Origin: a virus
Taxonomy: Duplodnaviria > Caudoviricetes
Reading direction: 5' to 3' (one strand)
DNA: 64,000 bases
IMG/VR virus record: IMGVR_UViG_3300017761_003550
Location: 19,860 to 83,859 of that record
Shown here: positions 1 to 7,350 of the stretch, one piece after another
Layout of the letters: every line of letters starts with the position of its first letter
Numbering within the stretch: the first letter of the stretch is position 1
The notes under the pieces: generated by a model
Database searches by the model: none
What the model saw: the letters and a program-made list of their open reading frames with translations, nothing else
Told to the model about the DNA's origin: nothing
Made by a program: the position numbers and the translations under genes

Positions 1-1
1 C

Positions 2-382
2 TACAAGGAAGCTGCAGCGTTCCTCGGCTCGAAACGCTTCACCGACGAGTCTGTGACTGAATACTTCGGTCGTGTGTTCGGCGCCAAGGAAAACAAGAAA
101 ACTGGCGAAGACAAGAACTCGCGGAATGCTCGTATCGCCTACGACATCCTCGAGCAGCAGCCCGGTGCGAACTTCGCGAAGGGTTCCTGGTGGCAGGCGT
201 TTAACGCTTCAACCTTCATGGTTGACCACGTCATCGGCCGTAACGAAGACAACCGCATGAACTCGGCTTGGTTCGGTTGGGGCCGTAACCTGAAGGTCAA
301 GGCTCTCCAGACCGCCATGGAGATGGCTGCTCTCGACAAGGACATCACCGTCCGCAAAGTCAAAGCTCCGGCTGCTGTCTAG
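2..382 (+). CDS. DUF932-like phage protein, C-terminal part (5' end outside window)
   Basis: Frame is open from position 2 (YKEAAAFLGSKRF...). The motif GSWWQAFNASTFMVDH...SAWFGWGRNLKVKAL resembles the C-terminus of DUF932 proteins. Confidence 0.65.
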   Translation, partial: YKEAAAFLGSKRFTDESVTEYFGRVFGAKENKKTGEDKNSRNARIAYDILEQQPGANFAKGSWWQAFNASTFMVDHVIGRNEDNRMNSAWFGWGRNLKVKALQTAMEMAALDKDITVRKVKAPAAV

Positions 383-394
383 TTCTTCTACTCT

Positions 395-416
395 GGGGGA
401 GGCTTCGGTCTCCCCC
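395..416 (+). terminator. Rho-independent terminator-like hairpin
   Basis: GGGGGAGGC-TTCG-GTCTCCCCC stem with a cUUCGg loop, directly after the stop at 382. Confidence 0.7.
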
Positions 417-438
417 AAACCTTTTCGGGATTCATATT

Positions 439-630
439 ATGGAATTTAGAGATATTGTAATAAAGCTTGTGGCCACAATTCTAGTTGTGGTTTGGCCGAT
501 TGCAATCGTTTTATCCTTTTTGTTTTTCACACCTTTCTTGGCAATTGTGTTTGCTACTTGGGTGTGGGCTTGGGGTACTCTGCTTGCTTTCTGTTTGGTT
601 GTCGGTCTGCTTTCCTCAATATGGAATTGA
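439..630 (+). CDS. Small membrane protein (about 2 TM helices)
   Basis: 63-aa ORF that is almost entirely hydrophobic. Confidence 0.6.
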   Translation: MEFRDIVIKLVATILVVVWPIAIVLSFLFFTPFLAIVFATWVWAWGTLLAFCLVVGLLSSIWN

Positions 631-634
631 TGGT

Positions 635-805
635 ATGATTGAAAGACAAGCACTCGTTGATGAGCTAGCAGAAATCGTCTTTGACGGAAAGCTCCATAAA
701 ATGGAATACTTTCGTAAGAATATTTTTCAACTGACGGATGTAGAGACAATTGAGTTTTTCAAAAAGGTTGATGCAATCTTTCAACGATACGCGGAGAACA
801 TCTGA
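635..805 (+). CDS. Hypothetical protein (56 aa)
   Basis: ATG at 635 (MIERQALVDEL...), tightly packed between its neighbours. Confidence 0.6.
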   Translation: MIERQALVDELAEIVFDGKLHKMEYFRKNIFQLTDVETIEFFKKVDAIFQRYAENI

Positions 806-1062
806 TGAGAACTATATGGAAATTCGAAGTGCCCATTCAAGATGTTGTTGTTATCAAAATGCCAAAAGAGGCTAAGGTTCTTTTCGCTTCGGTTCAACAT
901 GGTAAACCTTGTTTCTGGGCGGAAGTTGATACCTTTGCTCCGCTAGAGAAACGCGAGTTCCGCATTTATGGAACCGGCCACCAAATTCCTGATTACAATG
1001 GACGTTACCTTGGCACCTTCATGATGCATGGTGATCAGCTTGTTTTTCACGCTTACGAATAG
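805..1062 (+). CDS. Conserved phage hypothetical protein
   Basis: MRTIWKFEV...CFWAEVD...FRIYGTGHQIP...YLGTF pattern typical of a widespread small phage family; start overlaps the upstream stop. Confidence 0.7.
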   Translation: MRTIWKFEVPIQDVVVIKMPKEAKVLFASVQHGKPCFWAEVDTFAPLEKREFRIYGTGHQIPDYNGRYLGTFMMHGDQLVFHAYE

Positions 1063-1063
1063 G

Positions 1064-1252
1064 ATGGATAATATGTACTTCAGTAGGGACGGTGTTCTTA
1101 TGGTTCAAAGAAACGAATCTGAGTTTTGGGTTGAAGAAACAAATGTCACCTTCAAGGGTGCTTGGTGGTTTCCGCCAAACTGGATCACTATGCCACTAGC
1201 AGCCTATCGGCGCAAGCTGAAAAAGATGCAGGCTCTGCACTATGACGAGTAA
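1064..1252 (+). CDS. Hypothetical protein
   Basis: ATG at 1064 (or 1073) immediately after the previous stop. Confidence 0.55.
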   Translation: MDNMYFSRDGVLMVQRNESEFWVEETNVTFKGAWWFPPNWITMPLAAYRRKLKKMQALHYDE

Positions 1253-1313
1253 CAGATAAATATGAGTGGATCGAGGACTTAGGTCCTCGAACATTCATAC
1301 ACGGAGTTCTGTT

Positions 1314-1808
1314 ATGTCAAAGAGAGAATTAATCTCTAAGAATTATTACCTTGATGAGTTCACATACTCACCAACAGCTGCAGCCCGCAAAATCGACAAC
1401 ACACCAAACGCAGAGCACGTTGCTAATCTGCGTCATGTTGTGCAAAATGTTATTCAACCAGTCAGAGACAACTTCAAGCGTGCGCTGAAGATCAATTCTG
1501 GGTATCGCTCGCCTGCTCTTAATCGTGCCGTTGGTGGTGCCATGAACAGCCAACATGCCTTCGGTGAAGCTGTAGACTTTGAGATCGAAGGTCTGTCTAA
1601 TAGACTAGTCGCTGACTGGATCGCAAAGCATCTCAACTATGACCAGTTGATCCTTGAGTTCTACAACCCGATGGAGGGTGTCAACTCTGGCTGGATACAT
1701 GTATCACTCAGAAAAACAGGTATAAATAGGAAAGATCGTCTTGTAGCATACAAAGACGGCAAGTCTACGAGATACGAGAAAGTCCCAGACTTCACTAAAA
1801 TTAAATGA
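1314..1808 (+). CDS. Peptidase M15 family Zn peptidase, probable endolysin
   Basis: Motifs SGYRSPALNRAVGG, SQHAFGEAVDFE and WIHVS. GGAG SD before ATG 1314; late-promoter-like GATAAATA at 1255-1262. Confidence 0.85.
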   Translation: MSKRELISKNYYLDEFTYSPTAAARKIDNTPNAEHVANLRHVVQNVIQPVRDNFKRALKINSGYRSPALNRAVGGAMNSQHAFGEAVDFEIEGLSNRLVADWIAKHLNYDQLILEFYNPMEGVNSGWIHVSLRKTGINRKDRLVAYKDGKSTRYEKVPDFTKIK

Positions 1809-1815
1809 GGATAAC

Positions 1816-2028
1816 ATGTCTAAGTACACATACGAACTATACATCGATGCTGGTAACGAATGGCGTTATCGCTTGATCGCTGAGAATGGCAACAACGTCG
1901 GTAGTTCCGGTGAGGGTTACAAGAATTTCGGTGATGTTTTCGCATTGGTGAATAAGATCAAGAGCGCTGACTCTGACATCAAGATCATCAAAGAAGGTAA
2001 TGATACTAAGCAACTTCTTCAGGAGTAA
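1816..2028 (+). CDS. YegP/DUF1508-like protein
   Basis: YELYIDAGNEWRYRLIAENGNNVGSSGEGY matches the YegP pattern; GAGGA SD. Confidence 0.8.
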   Translation: MSKYTYELYIDAGNEWRYRLIAENGNNVGSSGEGYKNFGDVFALVNKIKSADSDIKIIKEGNDTKQLLQE

Positions 2029-2031
2029 AAG

Positions 2032-2232
2032 ATGCTAGACGAATCCTTAAAGGATATTATGTCTCTTAAAGACAGACAAGAATATAGCTTTCATCTGAAA
2101 AGGTTAAAAATTCACGCTGCTGCTGTTCCTAGAATTAGACATGATGATATTAGGCGAGAACATAATAGAAAAATGGCTGATTTTCATCTAGACCAAGTAA
2201 ATGCTCTTGTCAGTAAGTATTATCCAGGATGA
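2032..2232 (+). CDS. Hypothetical protein
   Basis: 66-aa ORF in an operon-like run with GGAG upstream. Confidence 0.6.
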   Translation: MLDESLKDIMSLKDRQEYSFHLKRLKIHAAAVPRIRHDDIRREHNRKMADFHLDQVNALVSKYYPG

Positions 2233-2348
2233 TCGTTTGCAGTTGCAGAAGAATCAGCACTAATGACCACAAGTCAGAAGCTGAGTTAAAGAAACGTCTT
2301 AGACAAAAAGACGTTGGTTGTGGTAAATGCCTTTCGAAAAAGGCTTGA
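2229..2348 (+). CDS. Mini Bfd-like [2Fe-2S]/metal-binding protein (39 aa, not in the ORF track)
   Basis: MIVCSCRRISTNDHKSEAELKKRLRQKDVGCGKCLSKKA has CxC...CxxC spacing; ATGA overlap with the upstream stop. Confidence 0.65.
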   Translation: MIVCSCRRISTNDHKSEAELKKRLRQKDVGCGKCLSKKA

Positions 2349-2373
2349 CTTGTAAGCTAAATAAGAGTATTAT
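2345..2373 (+). promoter_or_regulatory. Sigma70-like promoter
   Basis: TTGACT (2345-2350), 17-nt spacer, TATTAT (2368-2373). Confidence 0.55.
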
Positions 2374-2388
2374 CAATTCAATAGGAGC

Positions 2389-2751
2389 TTGTTCGTGGGT
2401 AGAATTCTTGATCTTATCAAAGAGTCTCTTGGCGATCCAAGTCGGTTGCTGAAAATTACTTACACAGGTTCCAGCGAGTGGCATGATCCAGAAGACGATT
2501 TTAATTATCAATCTGATTCAGCCTTCACACACTACAAAGTTCAACATCCAAACGGTGAAGTTCAACATGTTTCTATAGATCATGATAAGGGTTCTGTTAT
2601 TAAACACAAAAAAGATCCAAACAGACCAAATGGTGCATGTCGCGGATCTGAACAATGTGATCATAAGCCAGAAGATTTTGAACATCTTGAAAACATCGCG
2701 ATGATTAGAAAAACAATTGCTCCAAAAACAAAAGTACGAATGCATAAATAG
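2389..2751 (+). CDS. His-rich hypothetical protein
   Basis: AGGAG SD then TTG start; N-terminal RILDLIKES motif resembling the His-rich ORFs at 18908 and 24270-27302. Confidence 0.6.
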   Translation: MFVGRILDLIKESLGDPSRLLKITYTGSSEWHDPEDDFNYQSDSAFTHYKVQHPNGEVQHVSIDHDKGSVIKHKKDPNRPNGACRGSEQCDHKPEDFEHLENIAMIRKTIAPKTKVRMHK

Positions 2752-2760
2752 TCTTAATGA

Positions 2761-3072
2761 TAGTGAACTGAGGAAAATTAAACCAAGCAACACTCGGGGG
2801 CAGTGCCCGACGCCTCCACCAAAAGCACATACTTATGGTGAAGCACATCTTTTAAACCAAGCGGGTTTGAGTCCCGAGGCCTAATAAGTGTGTGTTTTTG
2901 ATGGGGGCGACACAGGTTCGACTGTTTGTAAATAGGTTCTGAGGCTATCCGGATGTTCTCCGTTAAACGAACAAAAACACTAAATGCAAACGATAATGAA
3001 GTTGCATTTGAACAACGCCTAGCGGCGTAGTTTATTGGGCTGGGGACTTGCCTCGAAACAGAAAAGTCCCGC
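2761..3072 (+). ncRNA. ssrA: Circularly permuted (two-piece) tmRNA, alphaproteobacterial type; tag ANDNEVAFEQRLAA
   Basis: Acceptor piece has T-arm TCGGG-GGCAGTG-CCCGA (2794-2810) followed by CGCCTCC-ACCA (2811-2821). Coding piece starts GGGGGCG at 2903 and pairs 7/7 with CGCCTCC, including G3.U70. Tag frame 2986-3030. Confidence 0.93.
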
Positions 3073-3104
3073 ACTTCTTCTTTAACAACATAGAGAGTAA
3101 ACAT

Positions 3105-3629
3105 ATGAAACTTCTAGTACTAGCTGCAGCCGCAGCAGTTCTCCTCGCGCCAGCTGCAGCCGCACAAACGGTTTCTGTTGGTACTACAAACGGACAAACA
3201 GACACGACCTACGTTAATGGCGAATGGGCTTGGGACGTTGGTAATGATGTCGAAGCAATCGTCGAAGGCCGTCTACGTGAATCAAACAGCCATCTCGTGA
3301 AGGTTGGTTTTCAGCGTGAGTTTGTAGACCTCGGCCTAGTCAAACTTTCCGGTCGCCTTAACCTCACCCAAACAGTCGGTGTTGGTAAAGACTTCGCTGG
3401 CATTTCAATCGAACCAACAGCTTCTTTCAATATTGATAAAGCCAAGGTAACTGTTGGATACGAAATCGGAGATTCGCTCAGAACAAAGGACACCAACGGT
3501 ACAGTTCGCACTAGCACCATGCTGGTCATGTATCCATTCACCTTCGGTAACTTCGGACTTCAATATGAAAACGAACGTGGTGATCTGAAGCAAGAGTCAG
3601 TTTCGCTCGTTTACTCACTCAAGCAGTAA
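3105..3629 (+). CDS. Outer-membrane beta-barrel protein with signal peptide
   Basis: Signal peptide MKLLVLAAAAAVLLAPAAAA, about 8 amphipathic beta-strand patterns, aromatic-containing terminal strand SVSLVYSL. Confidence 0.7.
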   Translation: MKLLVLAAAAAVLLAPAAAAQTVSVGTTNGQTDTTYVNGEWAWDVGNDVEAIVEGRLRESNSHLVKVGFQREFVDLGLVKLSGRLNLTQTVGVGKDFAGISIEPTASFNIDKAKVTVGYEIGDSLRTKDTNGTVRTSTMLVMYPFTFGNFGLQYENERGDLKQESVSLVYSLKQ

Positions 3630-3675
3630 ATTTCTAAGGATGGGGACTATCCTTTAAAAGTCCCAACATTATTCT

Positions 3676-3747
3676 TCCAGTGTAGCTCAGCGGTAGAGCC
3701 CTCGACTGTTAATCGAGTTGTCCTTGGTTCGATCCCAAGCTCTGGAG
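3676..3747 (+). tRNA. tRNA-Asn(GTT), CCA not encoded
   Basis: D arm GCTCAGCGGTAGAGC, anticodon arm CTCGA-CTGTTAA-TCGAG, T arm CTTGG-TTCGATC-CCAAG, acceptor stem TCCAGTG/CTCTGGA with one mismatch. Confidence 0.95.
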
Positions 3748-3751
3748 CATT

Positions 3752-3803
3752 GGGAACTCCGAAAGTATAAATAGACTGTAATTAGTCTGCTTTCGGAGTT
3801 CCC
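3752..3803 (+). promoter_or_regulatory. SD-sequestering hairpin with an internal late promoter
   Basis: Perfect 14-bp inverted repeat 3752-3765/3790-3803, TATAAATA at 3766-3773 in the loop, GGAG SD at 3795-3798 in the 3' arm. Confidence 0.8.
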
Positions 3804-4415
3804 GTGTACTATATTGTGTATCAAACAACAAACATCAAGAATGGTAAAATTTACATCGGTAAACACCAAACTGATTTTCTTGATGATGGATATATTGGTT
3901 CAGGACATTTCTTAAATCGTGCCATTAAACGCTATGGTTTACAAAACTTCAAACGTGAGATACTCTTTGTTTTAAAAACAGAACAAGAGATGAACGCTAA
4001 AGAAGCTGAACTTGTGTCCGAAGAATTTTGTGATCGCAGAGACACATACAATATTTGTCCTGGTGGCCAAGGTGGATGGGGATATGTCAATAGAGAACAT
4101 CCAAATAACAAAAAAAATCATCGTAAAACGGGTAATTATGGATTCAAATTAGTAAAACCGAAACTAGCTGATCCTCTAAAAATCAGCCATAGTATCAAAA
4201 AATATTATGAAGAAAACGGTAGCCATTGGTTGGGAAGAAATCATTCTGATTTAACTAAAAATAAAATTTCAGAAGCTAACAAAGTTTCTCAATTAGGAGA
4301 AAGAAATTCCCAGTTTGGTTCTATTTGGATAACTAATGGCACAGAAAATAGAAAAATAAAAAGAGTTGACATTATCCCAAATGGATGGTATACTGGTAGA
4401 ACTATCCTTAAATAA
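3804..4415 (+). mobile_element. Free-standing GIY-YIG (Seg-like) homing endonuclease
   Basis: YIVYQTTNIKNGKIYIGKH...GYIGSG...AIKRYG...NFKREIL; NUMOD3-like GRNHSDLTKNKISEA; C-terminal WITNG...GWYTGR. Confidence 0.9.
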
Positions 4416-4427
4416 AGGAACAAAAAC

Positions 4428-4619
4428 ATGAGTTCCAAAGCAGATAGAAAACTTAAGCGCAGAGCTATTCGCCGCGCAACTAAAAACGCCAACATTGACG
4501 TTGGGCCAAAAGAGAACAAGAAGTTCATGAGCGCCGGATATGGTTCTGGCGTCACGGCTTCTGAGTTCCCAAAACAAGAAGATCAACCATGGTGTCAAAG
4601 ACTCAAGAATACAAACTAG
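4428..4619 (+). CDS. Small basic hypothetical protein
   Basis: AAAGGA SD, 63 aa, Arg/Lys-rich N-terminus. Confidence 0.55.
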   Translation: MSSKADRKLKRRAIRRATKNANIDVGPKENKKFMSAGYGSGVTASEFPKQEDQPWCQRLKNTN

Positions 4620-4843
4620 GTAAGACAATTGATCCCCAGCAGCTGTATAAAGATCTCGAGCAAATTGTTCGGGAGAACCATATCAGCTATGGAGATGCAA
4701 TCATTCATTACTGTGAACGTGGCAAACTCGAGATCGAGACGGTAGCTGAAGTGATTAAGAGAAATCCTAAGCTTACATCCGCTCTTCAGAATGAGTTTGA
4801 AAGCCTCAACATGTTGCCTAAGACAGCACGGTTGCCTGTGTAA
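4589..4843 (+). CDS. gp33: Late transcription co-activator gp33
   Basis: ISYGDAIIHYCERGKLEIETVAEVI...L..E...LNMLPKTARLP; located upstream of gp59. Confidence 0.85.
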   Translation: MVSKTQEYKLGKTIDPQQLYKDLEQIVRENHISYGDAIIHYCERGKLEIETVAEVIKRNPKLTSALQNEFESLNMLPKTARLPV

Positions 4844-4845
4844 AG

Positions 4846-5415
4846 ATGCAAGCCTTTGATGCTTATGTTATGTTTCTTGCACTAAAACAGCACTTCAATT
4901 CCAGTTACGATTATCAGAAGTATCGCGGCAAGGTCCGTTCTGATCCAAGCAAGTTTGAAGTAAAGAAAGACAAGTACCTCTTTCAGAAGCTCGCGAAGCG
5001 ACCTGATCCTGAGATGTACATTGTTGCCAATCTGATTGACAGAGACATCACCTGGGGTGGTGATCTGTTTGGTGAACAAGCTGAACGAGCATACACTGAT
5101 TGGTTGAAGAGAAAAGAATCGCTGGCCTATGTGTTTAAGACAGACTTAGGTAAGCTTGATGAGGACTTCAATAAGAATTTCGTTGTTGAAGATGGACAAC
5201 ACCCATATGCTCTTAAGCTCTTCAAGAGAAAGCTTATCTGTATCGAGACGCTGATCATCCTTGATGACATCCTCGGCTTCATGAAACACTGGAACAAGCA
5301 AATAAATGATTCGGTCATTTGGCCAACTATTTACAGAAAATGCTTGAAGTATCGTCCCTTTCTAGAGTATACTAGGGGTAAGTATCTCGCAATCCTCAAG
5401 GAGAAGTTCTTATAA
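4846..5415 (+). CDS. gp59: Helicase loader gp59
   Basis: AYVMFLALKQHF..SYDYQKYRGKV...F...KDKYLFQKLAK; ETLIILDDILGF. Confidence 0.9.
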   Translation: MQAFDAYVMFLALKQHFNSSYDYQKYRGKVRSDPSKFEVKKDKYLFQKLAKRPDPEMYIVANLIDRDITWGGDLFGEQAERAYTDWLKRKESLAYVFKTDLGKLDEDFNKNFVVEDGQHPYALKLFKRKLICIETLIILDDILGFMKHWNKQINDSVIWPTIYRKCLKYRPFLEYTRGKYLAILKEKFL

Positions 5416-6344
5416 TGTCTGAAGAAATGTTTACATACCAAGCAGCACCATACATGCCACAGGTTGATACGAGGCTAACGATGCCGTCACCTATCTGGCC
5501 TGACTTTAATCATGAGTCGACCGCATCTCAGCGAATGACTCGAGCCAAACGTTTGAATGATGAGAACTTCTGGTCAGAGATGCGTCAAGTGTTTGACCAT
5601 GATTTCAATACACTTCCACTCGAACGCTACAAGGCATGGGCATCCACATTCATGGTGCCAATTATGTCTAGGAACAAACCATCTGAGTATATCGCTCTGG
5701 CTCTTGGTGATGCCAACTCAAATGAAAAGGTTCGTGATGCTATTACCGAACCTCTGGTTGGTATGACCATTGAAGATTTCAACGCCCACTATCGTGTGTT
5801 TGATGATAGTCTGATGACCATGAACCGCATCTTCCATTATGGGCATCTGAAGTATTTTGCTCAAGGAAGACCCGCTCACGAAAGCTTCACACAAGTTACT
5901 CAATATCTCAAGAGCCTGAAGCGCATCGTAGAGATTGGTGCTGGTGCCGGCGAAATGGCTGATGTATGCCGTCAGCTTGGCTTCGAAGGCGAATATGTAA
6001 TCTACGACTTCAAGGAACTAACTAACATTCAACAGTGGTTCCATGAAAAGCGTGGACACAAGAACACTAAATATGTACATGATGTGAATGATCTTGGGCC
6101 TGCAGACCTCTGTATTGCTACATGGTCATTAACTGAAATGCCAATTGCGGATCGTGCCGCAGTGATGCAGAAACTGGGTGACACGAAGGACTGGATCGTT
6201 ACCTATTCCGATACAATCTTCGGTATGGATAATGATAATTGGATCATTAATGACTTTCTACCACGTTTCGAAGCCAGAACGACGAGCATACAGCCGTTCT
6301 GGGATAATGAGTCGAAATACGTGTTCGTAAGACATACATCGTAA
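5415..6344 (+). CDS. SAM-dependent methyltransferase, putative sugar O-methyltransferase
   Basis: IVEIGAGAG motif I, YVIYDFKE, and DLCIATWSLTEMP motif IV-like segment. Confidence 0.7.
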   Translation: MSEEMFTYQAAPYMPQVDTRLTMPSPIWPDFNHESTASQRMTRAKRLNDENFWSEMRQVFDHDFNTLPLERYKAWASTFMVPIMSRNKPSEYIALALGDANSNEKVRDAITEPLVGMTIEDFNAHYRVFDDSLMTMNRIFHYGHLKYFAQGRPAHESFTQVTQYLKSLKRIVEIGAGAGEMADVCRQLGFEGEYVIYDFKELTNIQQWFHEKRGHKNTKYVHDVNDLGPADLCIATWSLTEMPIADRAAVMQKLGDTKDWIVTYSDTIFGMDNDNWIINDFLPRFEARTTSIQPFWDNESKYVFVRHTS

Positions 6345-6380
6345 TATACAACATACATCGAAACACAAAGGAATACGACT

Positions 6381-7346
6381 ATGGTTGACTTTAAAACAAT
6401 GAAGAAGAGCGCAAACAATTTTGATAAGCTGAGAAAAGAACTCGCTGATCAAAACCAAGGCAAATCCAAAAAAGAAGGCGAAGAACGTTTCTGGTCCCCA
6501 ACGGTTGATAAAGCCGGTAACGGGTTCGCGATCGTTCGTTTCCTCCCAGCACCCGGCGATGAGGATCTTCCTTTCGTCCGCATGTGGGACCATGGCTTTC
6601 AAGGCCCAGGTGGTTGGTACATCGAAAACTCTCTAACGACAATCGGTAAGGAAGACCCTGTTTCTGAGTTCAACTCCGAACTCTGGAACCAGTCGACCGA
6701 TGACAATTCTCCACAACGTAAGCAAGCCCGCACTCAAAAGCGTCGCCTGTCCTACACTTCCAACATCTATGTTGTGAAGGACTCTGCTAAGCCAGAGAAC
6801 GAAGGCAAGGTGTTCCTCTACAAGTACGGTAAGAAAATCTTTGACAAGCTCAATGATGTGATGAACCCGCTGGAAGCAGAGGGTGAAGAAGCTATGAACC
6901 CGTTCGACCTCTGGACAGGTGCTAACTTCAAGATCAAGATCCGTCAGGTTGATGGCTATCGCAACTATGACAAGTCTGAATTTGATGATGCTGGTCCGCT
7001 GCTTGATGATGACAAAGAACTTGAAGCCATCTGGAAATCTGAGCACCCACTACAAGAGCTCATTGATCCTAAACACTTCAAGGGTTATGATGAACTCAAA
7101 AAGCGCCTAGAGAAAGTCCTTGGTCTGAAGACTGCCAAGGGTGGTATGGATGAAGATGTTGATGCGGCAGAGAGCCGTAAGACAGCTGAACCAAAGAAAC
7201 AAAAAGAAGCACCCGCTCCGAAGCAGAAAGCTGCGAAAGCAGCCAAGCCTCCGGTTGAAGAGGATGACGAATCAGATGATGAGGATGATGAAGAAGGTGG
7301 CCTGGAGTATTTCTCTAAGCTCGCCAATGAAGTTGATGAAGACTAG
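6381..7346 (+). CDS. gp32: Single-stranded DNA-binding protein gp32
   Basis: ERFWSPTVDKAGNGFAIVRFLPAP, HGFQGPGGWYIENSLTTIG, KVFLYKYGKKIFDK, RNYDKSEF and an acidic tail. Confidence 0.97.
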   Translation: MVDFKTMKKSANNFDKLRKELADQNQGKSKKEGEERFWSPTVDKAGNGFAIVRFLPAPGDEDLPFVRMWDHGFQGPGGWYIENSLTTIGKEDPVSEFNSELWNQSTDDNSPQRKQARTQKRRLSYTSNIYVVKDSAKPENEGKVFLYKYGKKIFDKLNDVMNPLEAEGEEAMNPFDLWTGANFKIKIRQVDGYRNYDKSEFDDAGPLLDDDKELEAIWKSEHPLQELIDPKHFKGYDELKKRLEKVLGLKTAKGGMDEDVDAAESRKTAEPKKQKEAPAPKQKAAKAAKPPVEEDDESDDEDDEEGGLEYFSKLANEVDED

Positions 7347-7350
7347 TCAC

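Noticed and set aside
2854-2882. Separate tRNA gene inside the tmRNA intervening segment
   Set aside because: There is no anticodon arm or complete acceptor stem, so it is kept only as a partial duplication finding.
2778-3104. 108-aa minus-strand ORF
   Set aside because: It is antisense to the tmRNA and has no protein features.
3636-3664. Intrinsic terminator after the beta-barrel gene
   Set aside because: It has competing short stems and no U-tract, so it is more likely a processing signal.
5415-6344. DNA methyltransferase call
   Set aside because: It lacks DPPY/NPPY or PC catalytic motifs.
7141-7350. 5' extension of the zinc-finger ORF overlapping gp32
   Set aside because: It is an alternative frame of the gp32 acidic tail; ATG 7351 is the more plausible start.
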